A stretch of DNA of 64,000 nucleotides from an uncultured Spirochaetota bacterium (GCA_963745235.1 CAVUXE010000035.1:1-64000), one strand, 5' to 3'. Shown: positions 52,178 through 62,563, numbered from the stretch's first letter. Numbers and translations: made by a program. Notes: a model not told the origin generated them from the sequence alone.

Positions 52178-53167
52178 CTACGCCCTCAGGTAACTGTCGA
52201 CTATCTCCTGGTACTCGTCGATAGTCTCCGCGTTCACCACGCTCTGGCGAATGATTGCGCCGCTCTCCATCCCCTTCGTATAGGCGACAAAGTGCTTTCT
52301 CATGTCGCGGCAGGCTTTCGCCTCCCCCACGGCCTCGCTCAGCAGTTTCAGGTGGTCCAGCGCCGCAAAAAGCCGCGCGCGGGCATCAACGACCGGGGAT
52401 TTGCCCTCTGCGCGCAGGAGGGATTCGGTCTGGTCGAAAATGAACGGATTGCCCAGGCATCCACGCGCAATCATCACGCCGTCGCAGGCGGTCTTCTCCA
52501 GCATGGTCCTGCAGTCCTGCGGTGAAAAGAGATCCCCTGATCCGAAGACCGGCACGGGGCACGTTTCCTTCAGCGTCCTGATGTGCTCAAGCCTTGCTTT
52601 TCCGCCGAATCCCTGGGCCCGGGTGCGGGAGTGCAGCGTGACCAGGGATGCGCCGGAGAGGACCGCCTCCTCCGCGCACGCAAGGTAGTTGATGGACCCT
52701 TCATCCCATCCGGATCGCAGCTTCACGGTCACGGGAACGTCAGTTTCAGCCCGCATTGCCGAAACGATGGAAGAGATGAGCTTCGGGTTGCGCAGGAGGG
52801 CGGCCCCGCATCCGGTCTTCAGCACTTTGGGAACCGAACACCCGCAGTTCAGGTCGATGAGGGCTGGACGCAAAGCTGCTATCCGGCGGACCGCGGCGGC
52901 CGCGGTTTGCGCCTCCGATGCGAAGATCTGGAAGCCCGTCAGCGTCTCGTTGGGCGCCCGGACAAGGAGCCGCAGCGTGGTGCCGTTGTTGCGCCACAGG
53001 GCATCCGCGGACACCATTTCCGTGAAGCACAGCGGCGCGCCAAAGCGCACGCACACCGAGCGGAATGCGGCATCCGTGTAGCCGGCCATCGGGGCCAGCC
53101 AGAGATTGCCCGGGATCTCCAGGCTTCCGACACGGACCGGATGGAACAGGTCAGTCCTGGAGACCAA
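52178..53167 (-). CDS. dusB: tRNA-dihydrouridine synthase
   Basis: LAPMAGYTD..FR, FTEMVSA, IDLNCGC, GAALL, VTVKLRSGW, H.RT and GVMIARG motifs. Confidence 0.92.
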   Translation of the reverse strand: MVSRTDLFHPVRVGSLEIPGNLWLAPMAGYTDAAFRSVCVRFGAPLCFTEMVSADALWRNNGTTLRLLVRAPNETLTGFQIFASEAQTAAAAVRRIAALRPALIDLNCGCSVPKVLKTGCGAALLRNPKLISSIVSAMRAETDVPVTVKLRSGWDEGSINYLACAEEAVLSGASLVTLHSRTRAQGFGGKARLEHIRTLKETCPVPVFGSGDLFSPQDCRTMLEKTACDGVMIARGCLGNPFIFDQTESLLRAEGKSPVVDARARLFAALDHLKLLSEAVGEAKACRDMRKHFVAYTKGMESGAIIRQSVVNAETIDEYQEIVDSYLRA

Positions 53168-53924
53168 AGAACGTGAGGCTGTTTGCGTAGAGAGCTTCCG
53201 TTATTTCCTCCACGGCAACTTCGCGCAGCTGCGCTATGAAAGCCGCAGTCTCGTTGATGTAGGACGGCTTGTTTCGCTTCCCCCGGTAGACGGCGGGCAC
53301 CATGAAGGGCGCCTCACTCTCTATGAGCATGCGGTCCAGCGGGATCTTCTTGGCCGTGTCCTGGAGGTTCCGCGCGTTGCGGTACGTCACGTTTCCGGCG
53401 AACGATATCCAGAGGTTCAGCTCCAGCGCCTTCTTCGCATACTCGTAGTCCTCCGAGTAGCAGTGGAGGATGCCGCCCCGCTTGGGGAGCCTCTCGCGAA
53501 GGATTTCCAGGACGTCAGACCCGGCATCCCGGTTGTGGATGATGACGGGGAGGGACAGCTTTTCCGCCAGCTCCAGCTGTCGGATGAAGAGCTCCACCTG
53601 CGAGTCGCGGTCTCCGAACTTGCGGTAGTAGTCCAGGCCGATCTCTCCAATTGCGACCACCCTGTCCAGCCGGGTGCCCTCCTGGATCTTGGCCTCCCAG
53701 TCGTCCCCCGGCTGCACAACTGAGGACGGAGATATGCCGATACTGTGATAGACGTTTGTTTCCGTCTTGAGGTTCGCGAAGAGCTGGGCGAAGTCAATCA
53801 GGTTGTTGGAGACAGTTACCAGATGCTGAACGCCTTCCTGCCTTGCTTCCTGCACCACGATGAGCTGGTCGATAGGGTCTTCGGTTATGAGGCCTATGTG
53901 GGCGTGTGTGTCAAAATAGCGCAT
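53151..53924 (-). CDS. TatD-family hydrolase
   Basis: FDTHAH, AIGEIGLDYY, PVIIHNRDA, ILHCYS, IESEAPF motifs. Confidence 0.93.
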   Translation of the reverse strand: MRYFDTHAHIGLITEDPIDQLIVVQEARQEGVQHLVTVSNNLIDFAQLFANLKTETNVYHSIGISPSSVVQPGDDWEAKIQEGTRLDRVVAIGEIGLDYYRKFGDRDSQVELFIRQLELAEKLSLPVIIHNRDAGSDVLEILRERLPKRGGILHCYSEDYEYAKKALELNLWISFAGNVTYRNARNLQDTAKKIPLDRMLIESEAPFMVPAVYRGKRNKPSYINETAAFIAQLREVAVEEITEALYANSLTFFGLQD

Positions 53925-54098
53925 ATGTCTCCGTTGGATTTGGCTCTCGAAAGAGGTTGTCTTTCTTCTTCCGAATTTTCTAAAGGATATCACGAGGCTG
54001 GGAGCAAGTCAAATTCTATTTCGGGCATTTTCGTCGCCCATTTCCCCCCCGTTTCGCCGTTCCTCTCAAACGCATGGGCATCGCGGAGGCTCCTGCGT

Positions 54099-54127
54099 TT
54101 GACAAAAGATCCCCCGTATGGTAGCAT
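54099..54127 (+). promoter_or_regulatory. sigma70 promoter for the M23-bactofilin operon
   Basis: TTGACA-17-TAGCAT with a TG extension. Confidence 0.7.
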
Positions 54128-54153
54128 TCGCAAGAATTCGAAGGAAAGAGGCC

Positions 54154-55194
54154 TTGCCCGTTACCCAATATAAGAAGGTCGAGAAGCAATTCGCTGACAG
54201 ATTCGGGTCATGGCTGCGGCGGATCTGGGTCTCGATCCTGAGCTTCTTCAAATACATCATGCAAAAGGGGAAGCAGCGCTTCACGGTCATGCTGATCCCC
54301 CATTCGGAGAAGAAGATCTTCAATTTCCAGATCTCCTTCTTCACCCTCATTTTCGTCACGTGCACCCTTGGCGTTGTCCTGGTCGGCTTCTTCCTGCTTG
54401 CCACCAGCTACACCTACACGAATGAGAAGATCGTGAAGGTCTCCCAGGACCTGCAGAACAACGAGACGACAATGGAGAACCTGAAGGACGAGATCTCGGG
54501 CATCCGCAAGGCCGGGAGGAGCTTCAAGGCCAGCATGGACAACGTGATGCGGGTCATCGGGAACCAGGATTACCTCAACGCCAACGGGACCGCGGGAGTC
54601 AGCGCCCTGTATGTGACCCCGGAGGAAACCGAGGGGGGGAACCTCAAGGAGCTGGCGGACTTGAAGAGCATGACGAGCCTCATGCAGAACTCGGTGGAGC
54701 CGCTCGACGAAATACAGAAGATGATCAGCAACTACAACGAGCTGCTGGCCGACACCCCCACCTTGTGGCCTTTGAAGGGAGTCCATGGCAACATCACGAC
54801 CCGCTTCGGCTGGACAATCCACCCCTTCACTCACCTTGGGTATCTCCATACGGGAGTGGACATCGCCTGGGCGCTCGGGACTCCCGTGGAAGCAACCGCA
54901 AACGGCACGGTCGTGCAGACCGGCTACACGGAAGACGCCGGCAACTACATCACCATTCAGCATAAGTACGGGTTCACCACCCGCTACCTCCACCTCCTTG
55001 AGATCGTCACCCGCAAGGGGAACCACGTGAACCGGGGGGAAACCATCGGATACGTGGGGAGCACCGGCCTGTCCACCGGCCCCCATCTGCACTACGAAGT
55101 CCGCCTGGGCGCCAACTACGTCGACCCCATGAACTTCCTCCTGATCACCCCCGACCTCGCGGGAGCGAAGGTCAGCGGGAGGGCCACAGATTGA
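54154..55194 (+). CDS. M23-family peptidoglycan metallopeptidase
   Basis: FTVMLIPHSE, TM, coiled coil, HTGVDIA, YLHL and TGLSTGPHLHYEV; TTG start inferred. Confidence 0.93.
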   Translation: MPVTQYKKVEKQFADRFGSWLRRIWVSILSFFKYIMQKGKQRFTVMLIPHSEKKIFNFQISFFTLIFVTCTLGVVLVGFFLLATSYTYTNEKIVKVSQDLQNNETTMENLKDEISGIRKAGRSFKASMDNVMRVIGNQDYLNANGTAGVSALYVTPEETEGGNLKELADLKSMTSLMQNSVEPLDEIQKMISNYNELLADTPTLWPLKGVHGNITTRFGWTIHPFTHLGYLHTGVDIAWALGTPVEATANGTVVQTGYTEDAGNYITIQHKYGFTTRYLHLLEIVTRKGNHVNRGETIGYVGSTGLSTGPHLHYEVRLGANYVDPMNFLLITPDLAGAKVSGRATD

Positions 55195-55637
55195 GCGACA
55201 CCCGGTTCACGGATGACGCCTTCATAAACTCCATCATCGGAGAAGGGACCCGGTTCAAGGGAGAGTTCGATCTGAACGGCCTTCTGCGCATAGACGGGGA
55301 CTTTACGGGTGTCATCCGCACCCGGGGGAAGGTGCTTGTGGGCCAGAACGGCCGGGCGGAATGCACGCTTCACGCGGGGACAGTGGTGGTGGGCGGAGTG
55401 GTACGGGGGGAAATCGTTTCCACGGAGAAAGTGATCATCCTGTCCACGGGGCTCGTGCTTGGCAACATCTCCACGCCGCGGCTCATTGTGGAGGAAGGGG
55501 TCATTTTCAACGGGTCATGCAGGATCATGACGCCCGGCACGGATGCTCCCCGCAGCGGCCCGTCGAACGGGCAGAAGCCGGCAGCGGCTCTTTCCCAGAG
55601 AGAGGCTGCCACGCTGCAGGGGCAGCAGAAGCGCTGA
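55191..55637 (+). CDS. Bactofilin (polymer-forming cytoskeletal protein)
   Basis: SIIGEGTRFKGEFD..GLLRIDGDF.G...G.V.G.I...L.VEEG.IFNG.C. Confidence 0.93.
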   Translation: MSDTRFTDDAFINSIIGEGTRFKGEFDLNGLLRIDGDFTGVIRTRGKVLVGQNGRAECTLHAGTVVVGGVVRGEIVSTEKVIILSTGLVLGNISTPRLIVEEGVIFNGSCRIMTPGTDAPRSGPSNGQKPAAALSQREAATLQGQQKR

Positions 55638-55652
55638 CGGGCGTCTTGCCCA

Positions 55653-56138
55653 GTGGCACGGATAGATTCGCTCGGGGAGCCGTCGTCCTGGCTCGTTCCT
55701 GAAAAAAAGAAGGCGGGGAAGAAAGACAAGGCGCAGCGCAAGACCTTTTCCGAGCTCGTGGAGTCAGCCGAGCAGGGAGAAGGCGCTGAGCAGGAAGACC
55801 TTTCGGATTCGGAGCGAAGGCGGGGGCTGGAAGAGCTTCTGGACGGCGTGTTCGCGTCGGGGGACGCGTTGAAGAAAACTCCTACAATGGATACCATCAG
55901 GGAATACCGCCACACGGTGAAGAGCTTCGTGAAGTTTGTCGTGCAGCATTCCATCCGGGTGGAGGAGACGACCTCGGGCGCGAACATCATGAAGCGGAAA
56001 CGATTCACCCTCGTCAGGGTGATAGATGAGAAGCTGGATGCGCTGGCCGCCTCCGTCCTGGCCGGGCAGAAAGAGCAGATTTCGATTCTTGCGCAGATCG
56101 ACCAGATCAACGGCCTGCTGGTGGACCTGGTTTCCTGA
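55653..56138 (+). CDS. YaaR/DUF327-family protein
   Basis: LLDGVFASGDALKKTP....IREYR..VKSF...IDEKLDALA...IDQINGLLVDL. Confidence 0.85.
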   Translation: MARIDSLGEPSSWLVPEKKKAGKKDKAQRKTFSELVESAEQGEGAEQEDLSDSERRRGLEELLDGVFASGDALKKTPTMDTIREYRHTVKSFVKFVVQHSIRVEETTSGANIMKRKRFTLVRVIDEKLDALAASVLAGQKEQISILAQIDQINGLLVDLVS

Positions 56139-56163
56139 CCTTCGCACGAGAGGAGCGAATCGC

Positions 56164-57114
56164 ATGGGCGATCATGACGACATCATCACCGAAGATTCCT
56201 TTCCGGAAGAAACAGAGCAGCCTGCGTCGCAGCCCGTGGCGATAGACGGGAAGGTGGTCTGGCGCGTGAAGGTGCTGTACTCCAGCGCAACGGAGTTCTG
56301 CGAGGCCCCCGCGGGGGTCGAGGTCAAGGTGGGGGACATGGTCGTAGTGCCCACCCGCTACGGCAATGAGCTGGGCAGGGTCCTGGGAAGAGAGACGGAT
56401 CCGGCGGAAATCACGAGCGAGCTGCGCACCCTGCAGCGCGCGGCGAGCGCCGCGGACCTGCTTCGGGTGGAAGAGAACGACACGCGGGAAGAGAGGGCCT
56501 TCGAGATCTGCCGCGAGAAGGTGGAGGCGCGCGGCCTTTCCATGAAGCTCGTGAGCGCTCATTACATCCTTGATGAGCAGAAGATCCTCTTCTTCTTCAC
56601 CGCTGAGAACCGCGTGGACTTCCGGGAGCTCGTCAAGGACCTGGTGGCCGTTTTCAAGACGCGGATCGAGCTGCGCCAGATCGGGGTGCGCGACGAGGCG
56701 CGCGTGGTGGGCGGCCTCGGAATCTGCGGGCGCGCCCTGTGCTGCAACGCCGTCACTGACAGGCTGCGTCCCGTGTCCATCAAGATGGCGAAGGAGCAGA
56801 ACCTTACCCTGAACTCCATGAAGATCTCGGGACCCTGCGGACGACTCCTGTGCTGCCTGTCCTACGAGTTCGACGTGTACAAGGAGGCCCGCCAGACCCT
56901 CCCGGGCCTGGGCACGCGCGTTCACTATGACGGAGAAGAGTTCAAGGTCACGGACATGAACGTCCTGGCCAGGCGCCTGCGCTTCCAGGGAGAGAGCGGG
57001 CGCGTCCTGGACGTCGGGTTCGACTCCCTGTCGCGCAACCCCCAGACCCAGGCCTGGGAGCTTCACGTCCGGACAAGCGCAGAGCAGTCCTCCACAGACC
57101 CGGTCAGTAAGTGA
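56164..57114 (+). CDS. ricT: PSP1-domain RicT/YaaT-family protein
   Basis: FFFTAENRVDFRELVKDL...RIELRQIGVRDEA..GG.G.CGR.LCC...KMAKEQ...KISGPCGRLLCCLSYE. Confidence 0.92.
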   Translation: MGDHDDIITEDSFPEETEQPASQPVAIDGKVVWRVKVLYSSATEFCEAPAGVEVKVGDMVVVPTRYGNELGRVLGRETDPAEITSELRTLQRAASAADLLRVEENDTREERAFEICREKVEARGLSMKLVSAHYILDEQKILFFFTAENRVDFRELVKDLVAVFKTRIELRQIGVRDEARVVGGLGICGRALCCNAVTDRLRPVSIKMAKEQNLTLNSMKISGPCGRLLCCLSYEFDVYKEARQTLPGLGTRVHYDGEEFKVTDMNVLARRLRFQGESGRVLDVGFDSLSRNPQTQAWELHVRTSAEQSSTDPVSK

Positions 57115-58513
57115 CCTTTTCACCCTTCGCCAGCGCGTCCAGCTTGGAGGCCATGGTCGTGAGCTGCTGGCGTGTCAGGGCGAACTCACTCCTCCCGTTT
57201 ACGAAGATCGCGTCGAAGTCCCGGTCATAGGGGGCATAGGTGATCGTTGCGGCGCCTGCGGGCCCCTTGTTCAGGAAGAACCGCACCGTCACGTCGGGTA
57301 TCTCCGGAACCTTCCTTTTCGCTTCCCCCTCGATCTGCATGCCGATCAGCTGCTGGTAGAAGGCCTTGAAGGAGTCCTCCTCCACCTGTTTGCCGTCCAC
57401 CGTGTAGGTGGCCTGCACGGTGTCCTGCTCTCCCTTCTTCTCCGCTTTCTTCGTTACGCGCGCAATGGCGAGGGTGTGCGTGATCCCCCCGCGTGCGATC
57501 TCGATCTTGTCCACGTCATCAATGTTGGGGATGAAGACGAACTTGTCCACGATGTCCCAGGCGGTGGTCTTCAGGAACCCGAGGCTCGACGTGTCGGTGG
57601 CGTAGACGCTGGGCCGTCCGCGGATCATGAAATATGTCTTGTCCTTGCCGTCCTCCGACCCGATGAGGAAATCAATCGTGTTCGACTTGTCGCTCACCAC
57701 CACCTGCGCGCGAGGCCGCGCGAGGCCGTACTTCGAAAGGTCACTCGGCGCGTCGTTCACGAACGAAGAGATCTGGATCTGCTGGGGCCCCTTGATCAGC
57801 TGGTCCCCTTTCTCCCCGTCCACCCCGCGAGGGGTCGCATAGGGACGAGTCATCAGGTATTTGCCGAATCCGAGCTGGAAGGTCTTCATCTGCTGGTCCG
57901 TCTTCTGCTGAAGGGCGATCTCCGTGCCGCCGGCCGTGGACATGCGGAAGGAGGTGATCTGGTCGTAGTTGATCTCCGGCGTGATCTTCTTGTCGCGCAG
58001 GTCAGCGAGGGTCCAGTGCATCTGGTCTCCAGTGCTCTGCCACACCGTGTAGACCTTCGGGTCACCCTTCACCTGCAGGTAGTAGGTGTTGCCTGTCGGT
58101 GACTTGTCCCCGAGCAGCAGGGTCTTCGTGGTGCCATCACTGAACATCGCGACCCCCTGCGCCCGGGGAGGGTCGAGCCCGAACTGCTTGAGGTCCGTCG
58201 GATTCTCATCTATCATGCGCTCAGCCGTGAGGGACGTGAAGGTCAGGGCAAGATCGTCGAGAGAGGACTGATCCAGGGCATACTGCCCGGGAACCCCGAC
58301 TGCCCACGCCTTTCCTTTCTTCTCCAGGGTCAGGGGGCCCTCGGTCCTGTCGCTGAGAACAATCTTCACGAGCTTGTCCTTGTCTGCCTTGAGAAGCTCA
58401 GGCTGCGCGGCCGCGGCCTTGACCGGTTTCGCCCGGGTGACCACGAAGTACGCGCCCACCAGCCCCGCCAGCACGACGAGGACAATGACGAGGGTGAGAA
58501 GACGCCTGCTCAT
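57104..58513 (-). CDS. DUF4340-domain protein
   Basis: N-terminal TM; two repeats with DLKQFGLDPP / DLSKYGLARP...L.(L/I)G...Y motifs; last gene of a Gld-like ABC operon. Confidence 0.82.
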   Translation of the reverse strand: MSRRLLTLVIVLVVLAGLVGAYFVVTRAKPVKAAAAQPELLKADKDKLVKIVLSDRTEGPLTLEKKGKAWAVGVPGQYALDQSSLDDLALTFTSLTAERMIDENPTDLKQFGLDPPRAQGVAMFSDGTTKTLLLGDKSPTGNTYYLQVKGDPKVYTVWQSTGDQMHWTLADLRDKKITPEINYDQITSFRMSTAGGTEIALQQKTDQQMKTFQLGFGKYLMTRPYATPRGVDGEKGDQLIKGPQQIQISSFVNDAPSDLSKYGLARPRAQVVVSDKSNTIDFLIGSEDGKDKTYFMIRGRPSVYATDTSSLGFLKTTAWDIVDKFVFIPNIDDVDKIEIARGGITHTLAIARVTKKAEKKGEQDTVQATYTVDGKQVEEDSFKAFYQQLIGMQIEGEAKRKVPEIPDVTVRFFLNKGPAGAATITYAPYDRDFDAIFVNGRSEFALTRQQLTTMASKLDALAKGEKVTY

Positions 58514-59940
58514 AGATGCCGTCTCCTGATCCAGACAGTGAATCCCGCTCCCAGAACGAGGAGCGGCATGAGGATGACAACCAGGCCGGAGAAGAGAAGC
58601 GCCTGGAGGTTGCTGATTCCCAGCCGCATGGTGAGCATGTCCTTTGGCCGGACCGTGATCTCATCCTTCTTGCCCCTCAGCCAGCCCAGGGTGTTCATGA
58701 AGAAGTCGACGTTCCCCGGGATCTGGGAGGAGAGAGACTGCGTGAGGAACCGCGCGGAAGCCACCACGATGAGCTTGGTGTCTTTCTGTGACTGATCAGC
58801 CGCCGGATCAGTGATTGCAGCGGCAAGCGTGAAGGGGCCCGGGGCGTCCCCTTTCTCCTTTGCCAGCGTGGATATGTTTTCGATGTTCCTCTTCCCCCAC
58901 GAGTTGTCGGATGAGCTGAGAAGTGGCTCGATCTTCAACGACCTCTTCTTCAGGGCGAGCGTCTCGATTGACTGAGAGAAGGGCATGAGGATGGCCAGGT
59001 TGGCCGTGCGCAGCGGTGAGAGGATGTCATGGTTTTCGAGCTTGGGAATCAGGTACATGGGATTTCCGGCGGCCACGCTGTTCTGGTTGCCTTCCACGAC
59101 AACCATGCTGTGGACCGCGACCCCGTAGCTCTTGAGGATTCCGGCCAGGTTCGGGAAGACACCGTCGCTTCGCAGCAGGTCGAAGATCAGCTCCGCCCTT
59201 CCCCCCGCGGAGAGGTACGTCCTGATCTTGGCGTCATCTTCGTTGGAGATGTCCGTCTTGGGCGCGAGGACCAGCAGGATGTCCGCATCCGCCGGGACCG
59301 CAGGCACGGTCAGCAGCGTAAGGGGCTTCACCTCGTAGTTCTCATTGCCGACCGCCGTGCTCAGTCCGAGGGAATCCAGGGTCTGCTCTCCATGCCCCTG
59401 GAGGACGTAGATGGTCACGTTCTTTGCCGCGGTCACGTACATGATGGCTGATGTGACTCTCTGCTCCACGGAGAGCGAGGTGAGCGTGGGCTCCTGGTTC
59501 GGATTGGAGTAGTCGTAATTGTACATGTCGTACTGGCCGATGGTCTTGAACCGCGGGCCGCTCGCCACCACCACGGAGCCGGCGCCGGGGCCCTGGCCGT
59601 TGGTTTCGTACTGCCTGGCCCAGCCGGGATTCCTCTCCGGGTCCATTGTCTGGAGCTTTATGTGGTGGTTTCGCGCCGCGTACTTGGAGAGGATCTCCTT
59701 GACGGTCTGATCCTCGTTGCCGGCCCTGGCAACCATGGAGATCGTGACGTCGGCGGCAAGGCCATCGAGGACTTTGAAGGTCTCGGGGGACAGCGAGAAG
59801 AGGTGGTTCTTCGTGAGGTCCAGCTTCCCGGGGATCTGCTGGACAAGGACGTTGATGACGACGATAACGGCCAGCGCGGCAACGATGAGGAGCGTCGCGT
59901 AGCCTCCGAATCGGAGCTTCCTGGTAATGAGTTTTTTCAC
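58510..59940 (-). CDS. GldG-like ABC auxiliary protein
   Basis: LDLTKNHLFSLSPET, IYVLQGHGE, VPADADILLVLAPKTD, GNVDFFMNTLGWL; C-terminal TM plus RRR. Confidence 0.88.
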   Translation of the reverse strand: MKKLITRKLRFGGYATLLIVAALAVIVVINVLVQQIPGKLDLTKNHLFSLSPETFKVLDGLAADVTISMVARAGNEDQTVKEILSKYAARNHHIKLQTMDPERNPGWARQYETNGQGPGAGSVVVASGPRFKTIGQYDMYNYDYSNPNQEPTLTSLSVEQRVTSAIMYVTAAKNVTIYVLQGHGEQTLDSLGLSTAVGNENYEVKPLTLLTVPAVPADADILLVLAPKTDISNEDDAKIRTYLSAGGRAELIFDLLRSDGVFPNLAGILKSYGVAVHSMVVVEGNQNSVAAGNPMYLIPKLENHDILSPLRTANLAILMPFSQSIETLALKKRSLKIEPLLSSSDNSWGKRNIENISTLAKEKGDAPGPFTLAAAITDPAADQSQKDTKLIVVASARFLTQSLSSQIPGNVDFFMNTLGWLRGKKDEITVRPKDMLTMRLGISNLQALLFSGLVVILMPLLVLGAGFTVWIRRRHL

Positions 59941-59953
59941 GGGCGTATCTCCC

Positions 59954-60823
59954 TTATATCCAGCGCCGTCTCTCGATCATCCGGACCGTGAGGAACACGA
60001 ACGCGCCGGAGAACGAGACGTAATAGACGATGGGGGCCAGCCCGAGGACGCCCATGCTGAAGTCGTTGTATCGCTTCAGGAGCGAGAACCAGTTGAGGAT
60101 CCTGGCAATCAGGCCGTCGTAGAAGGACCTCTTCAGGACGAACAGGAGCACCAGGACGACCGCCGCGACAACCAGGGTCAGGACGGCCGCGGGCGTGCTC
60201 CGCGTGCTGAAGAATACAAGGGCAACCAGCGCGAGGGCCAGGAGGGCCAGGAACACCAGCCCGGAGACCGCATCACTGGGGACGCTCTGCGCGATGAAAT
60301 CCAGGATCCAGATCAGCAGCAGGGCCGCGAAGGTCTCCACCGCGGCAATGAGCTGATTGTCGGTGAGAGAAGAGAAGAACAGTCCCACGGCGATGAAGCT
60401 GGACCCCAGGAGGAAGAACCCGATATAGCCTCCTATGATCTCCCACCACCCCAGCCCACCCAGGGCGAAGAAGCTCATGATGATCGGATAGATCAGGGTG
60501 ATGAGAAGCGTGATGAGGAAGACTCCCACCGCGGCGAAGTACTTGCCGACCACGATCCCCGTGATCCCGAGGGGGCTCGTGATGAGGAGCTGGTCCGTCT
60601 TCTGCCGCGTCTCTTCCGAGATCAACCTCATGGTCAGGATGGGCACCACGAAGAGGAAGATGAAGGTGATGGACCCCAGGACCCCCGTGTAGTTCGGATT
60701 CCCCGACAGGAGGTTCGAGATGGCGAAGAACACGCCGGCCAGCAGGATGAAGAAGCCGATGAACGTGAACCCGATGGGCGAAACGAAGTATGCGGCCAGC
60801 TCGCGTCGGAAGACTGCCAGCAT
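59954..60823 (-). CDS. ABC-2 permease (GldF-like)
   Basis: AVFRRELAAYFVSPIG, PILTMRLISEE...TDQLL.TSP, IVVGKY, SSLTDNQ motifs. Confidence 0.9.
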   Translation of the reverse strand: MLAVFRRELAAYFVSPIGFTFIGFFILLAGVFFAISNLLSGNPNYTGVLGSITFIFLFVVPILTMRLISEETRQKTDQLLITSPLGITGIVVGKYFAAVGVFLITLLITLIYPIIMSFFALGGLGWWEIIGGYIGFFLLGSSFIAVGLFFSSLTDNQLIAAVETFAALLLIWILDFIAQSVPSDAVSGLVFLALLALALVALVFFSTRSTPAAVLTLVVAAVVLVLLFVLKRSFYDGLIARILNWFSLLKRYNDFSMGVLGLAPIVYYVSFSGAFVFLTVRMIERRRWI

Positions 60824-60824
60824 G

Positions 60825-61773
60825 TCAGGATACCTCCTTCTCTTCAGTGATGAGGTTGAGGAAGATGTCCTCCAGGGTGAGGTCCATGGTCTTCATCATC
60901 AGGATGGGATATCCGGCTCTTGCCAGCGCGTTGAACAGCGGACGCCTGATGTCCGCTTCCCGCCGGGCCTCCACAACGACATCCACCGTGTCCGGCTCCC
61001 TGCTGCCAATGACATCCGCCTTCACGACGTTGTCCAGCCCGCGCACCAGGCCCAGCACATCTTTCTCCGCCGCAGCGATGCGCAACGTCGAGCCGGTTGT
61101 CACCGACCAGGCCGCGGGAGAGGTTCTCCGGAGTGTCGCTGGCGACGATCCTCCCCTTGTTGATGATCAGCACGCGGGTGCAGACCGCCTGGACCTCCGG
61201 CAGGATGTGGGAGCTCAAGATGATGGTGTGCTCCTTTCCGAGCTCACGGATGAGGTTTCTCGTCTCGATGATCTGCTGCGGATCAAGGCCGATGGTCGGC
61301 TCGTCCAGGATGAGCACCGGCGGGGTGCCGATGAGCGCCTGCGACAACCCGACTCGCTGCTTGTATCCCTTGGAGAGGTTCTTGATCAGCCTTCCCCGCA
61401 TGTCGGTGATCGTGGTGCGCTCCATCGCCTTCTCGATGTTTTCCCTGCGCCGCGCGCGGGGCACTCCCTTGATATCGGCGACAAAGGAGAGGTAGTCACG
61501 GACCGTCATGTCCACGTACAGCGGCGGCTGTTCGGGCATGTAGCCGATGTGCCTTTTCACTTCCTGCGGCTCCTCCAGGATGTCGTGCCCGTCCAGCTTC
61601 ACGGAGCCTTCCGTGGCGGAGAGGTAGCCGGTAATGATGTTCATGGTTGTCGATTTCCCGGCGCCGTTGGGTCCCAGGAAACCCAGGATTTCGCCCTTGT
61701 TGACAAGGAAGTCGAGGTGGTCAACCGCAATTCGCTGCCCGTACTTCTTTGTCACGCTCTCGACCTGTATCAA
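60825..61773 (-). CDS. ABC transporter ATP-binding protein, GldA-like (frameshift near 61085)
   Basis: GPNGAGKST, LSKGYKQRVG, LILDEPT.GLDP, SSHIL; the C-terminal TLEDIFLNL lies in the next frame. Confidence 0.92.
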
Positions 61774-61861
61774 GGCATTCTCCTTTCTTCCCTCACATGC
61801 AGGCGTCCCGCGCGAAATTGAATTTCTCAGTGGTGTCCTATTCATTATACCAAAATGAAAA

Positions 61862-62563
61862 TCATGTGAATATCGACGACGCGAGCGGCAGGATCTCCGC
61901 GAGGTCCCTGATCACCAGCGAGGGCGGGTCCCCGGGGCCGGGCCACGGCTGCCCCTTCGGCGCATACCAGCACGCGTCAATGCCCGCCGCCCGAGCTCCC
62001 TCGATATCGGAGGCCGGATTGTCGCCGATGCAGAGAAGCTCATCCGCCGGAAGGGAGATGGCCTCCCGCGCGGCTTGAAAGAAGCGGGGGTCGGGCTTTG
62101 CGAGGCCGAGCTCCTCTGAAATGATCACTGCCCGGAAGCAGCCCGCCACGCCGGATTTCTCCAGGCGTCCGCGCTGCACCATCCCGATCCCGTTTGTGAC
62201 CAGCGCCAGGGGAAAGCTCCGGGACAGCTCTTCGACAACTTCCTTCGCATGCGGGAGAAAGTACGCCCTGGCCGAAAGCTCCTGGAGGTATCGTGAAGAA
62301 ATGGCCTGCGGGTCCCCGGCGCGGCCCAGAGATTGCAGGAGCGCGCGGAACCGGCCCGGCTTCAGCTCGGCAAGCGAGGTGGTTCCCTGCTCGAACCTTC
62401 TCCAGAAGCCGGCGTTGATTTCGCGGTAGGCGGCGAGTGCCGTCCGCAGAGGAACCTCCGGCAGCGCGGCGCTGAGAGTCGCCGTGAGCGCCTCTATCTC
62501 CGCGCTGTCGTAGTCGAAAAGAGTGTTGTCGGCGTCAAAGAGAAAGCCGCGGTACCTCTTCAT
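61862..62563 (-). CDS. HAD-superfamily nucleotidase, YjjG-like
   Basis: FDADNTLFD, VTNG...Q, ISEELG.AKPD..FF and IGDN..SDI.GA..AGI motifs. Confidence 0.9.
   Translation of the reverse strand: MKRYRGFLFDADNTLFDYDSAEIEALTATLSAALPEVPLRTALAAYREINAGFWRRFEQGTTSLAELKPGRFRALLQSLGRAGDPQAISSRYLQELSARAYFLPHAKEVVEELSRSFPLALVTNGIGMVQRGRLEKSGVAGCFRAVIISEELGLAKPDPRFFQAAREAISLPADELLCIGDNPASDIEGARAAGIDACWYAPKGQPWPGPGDPPSLVIRDLAEILPLASSIFT

Noticed and set aside
54067-54101. CAAACGCA...TGCGTTTG inverted repeat overlapping the M23 -35 box
   Set aside because: A single 8-bp arm pair with a long spacer; not enough support for an operator.
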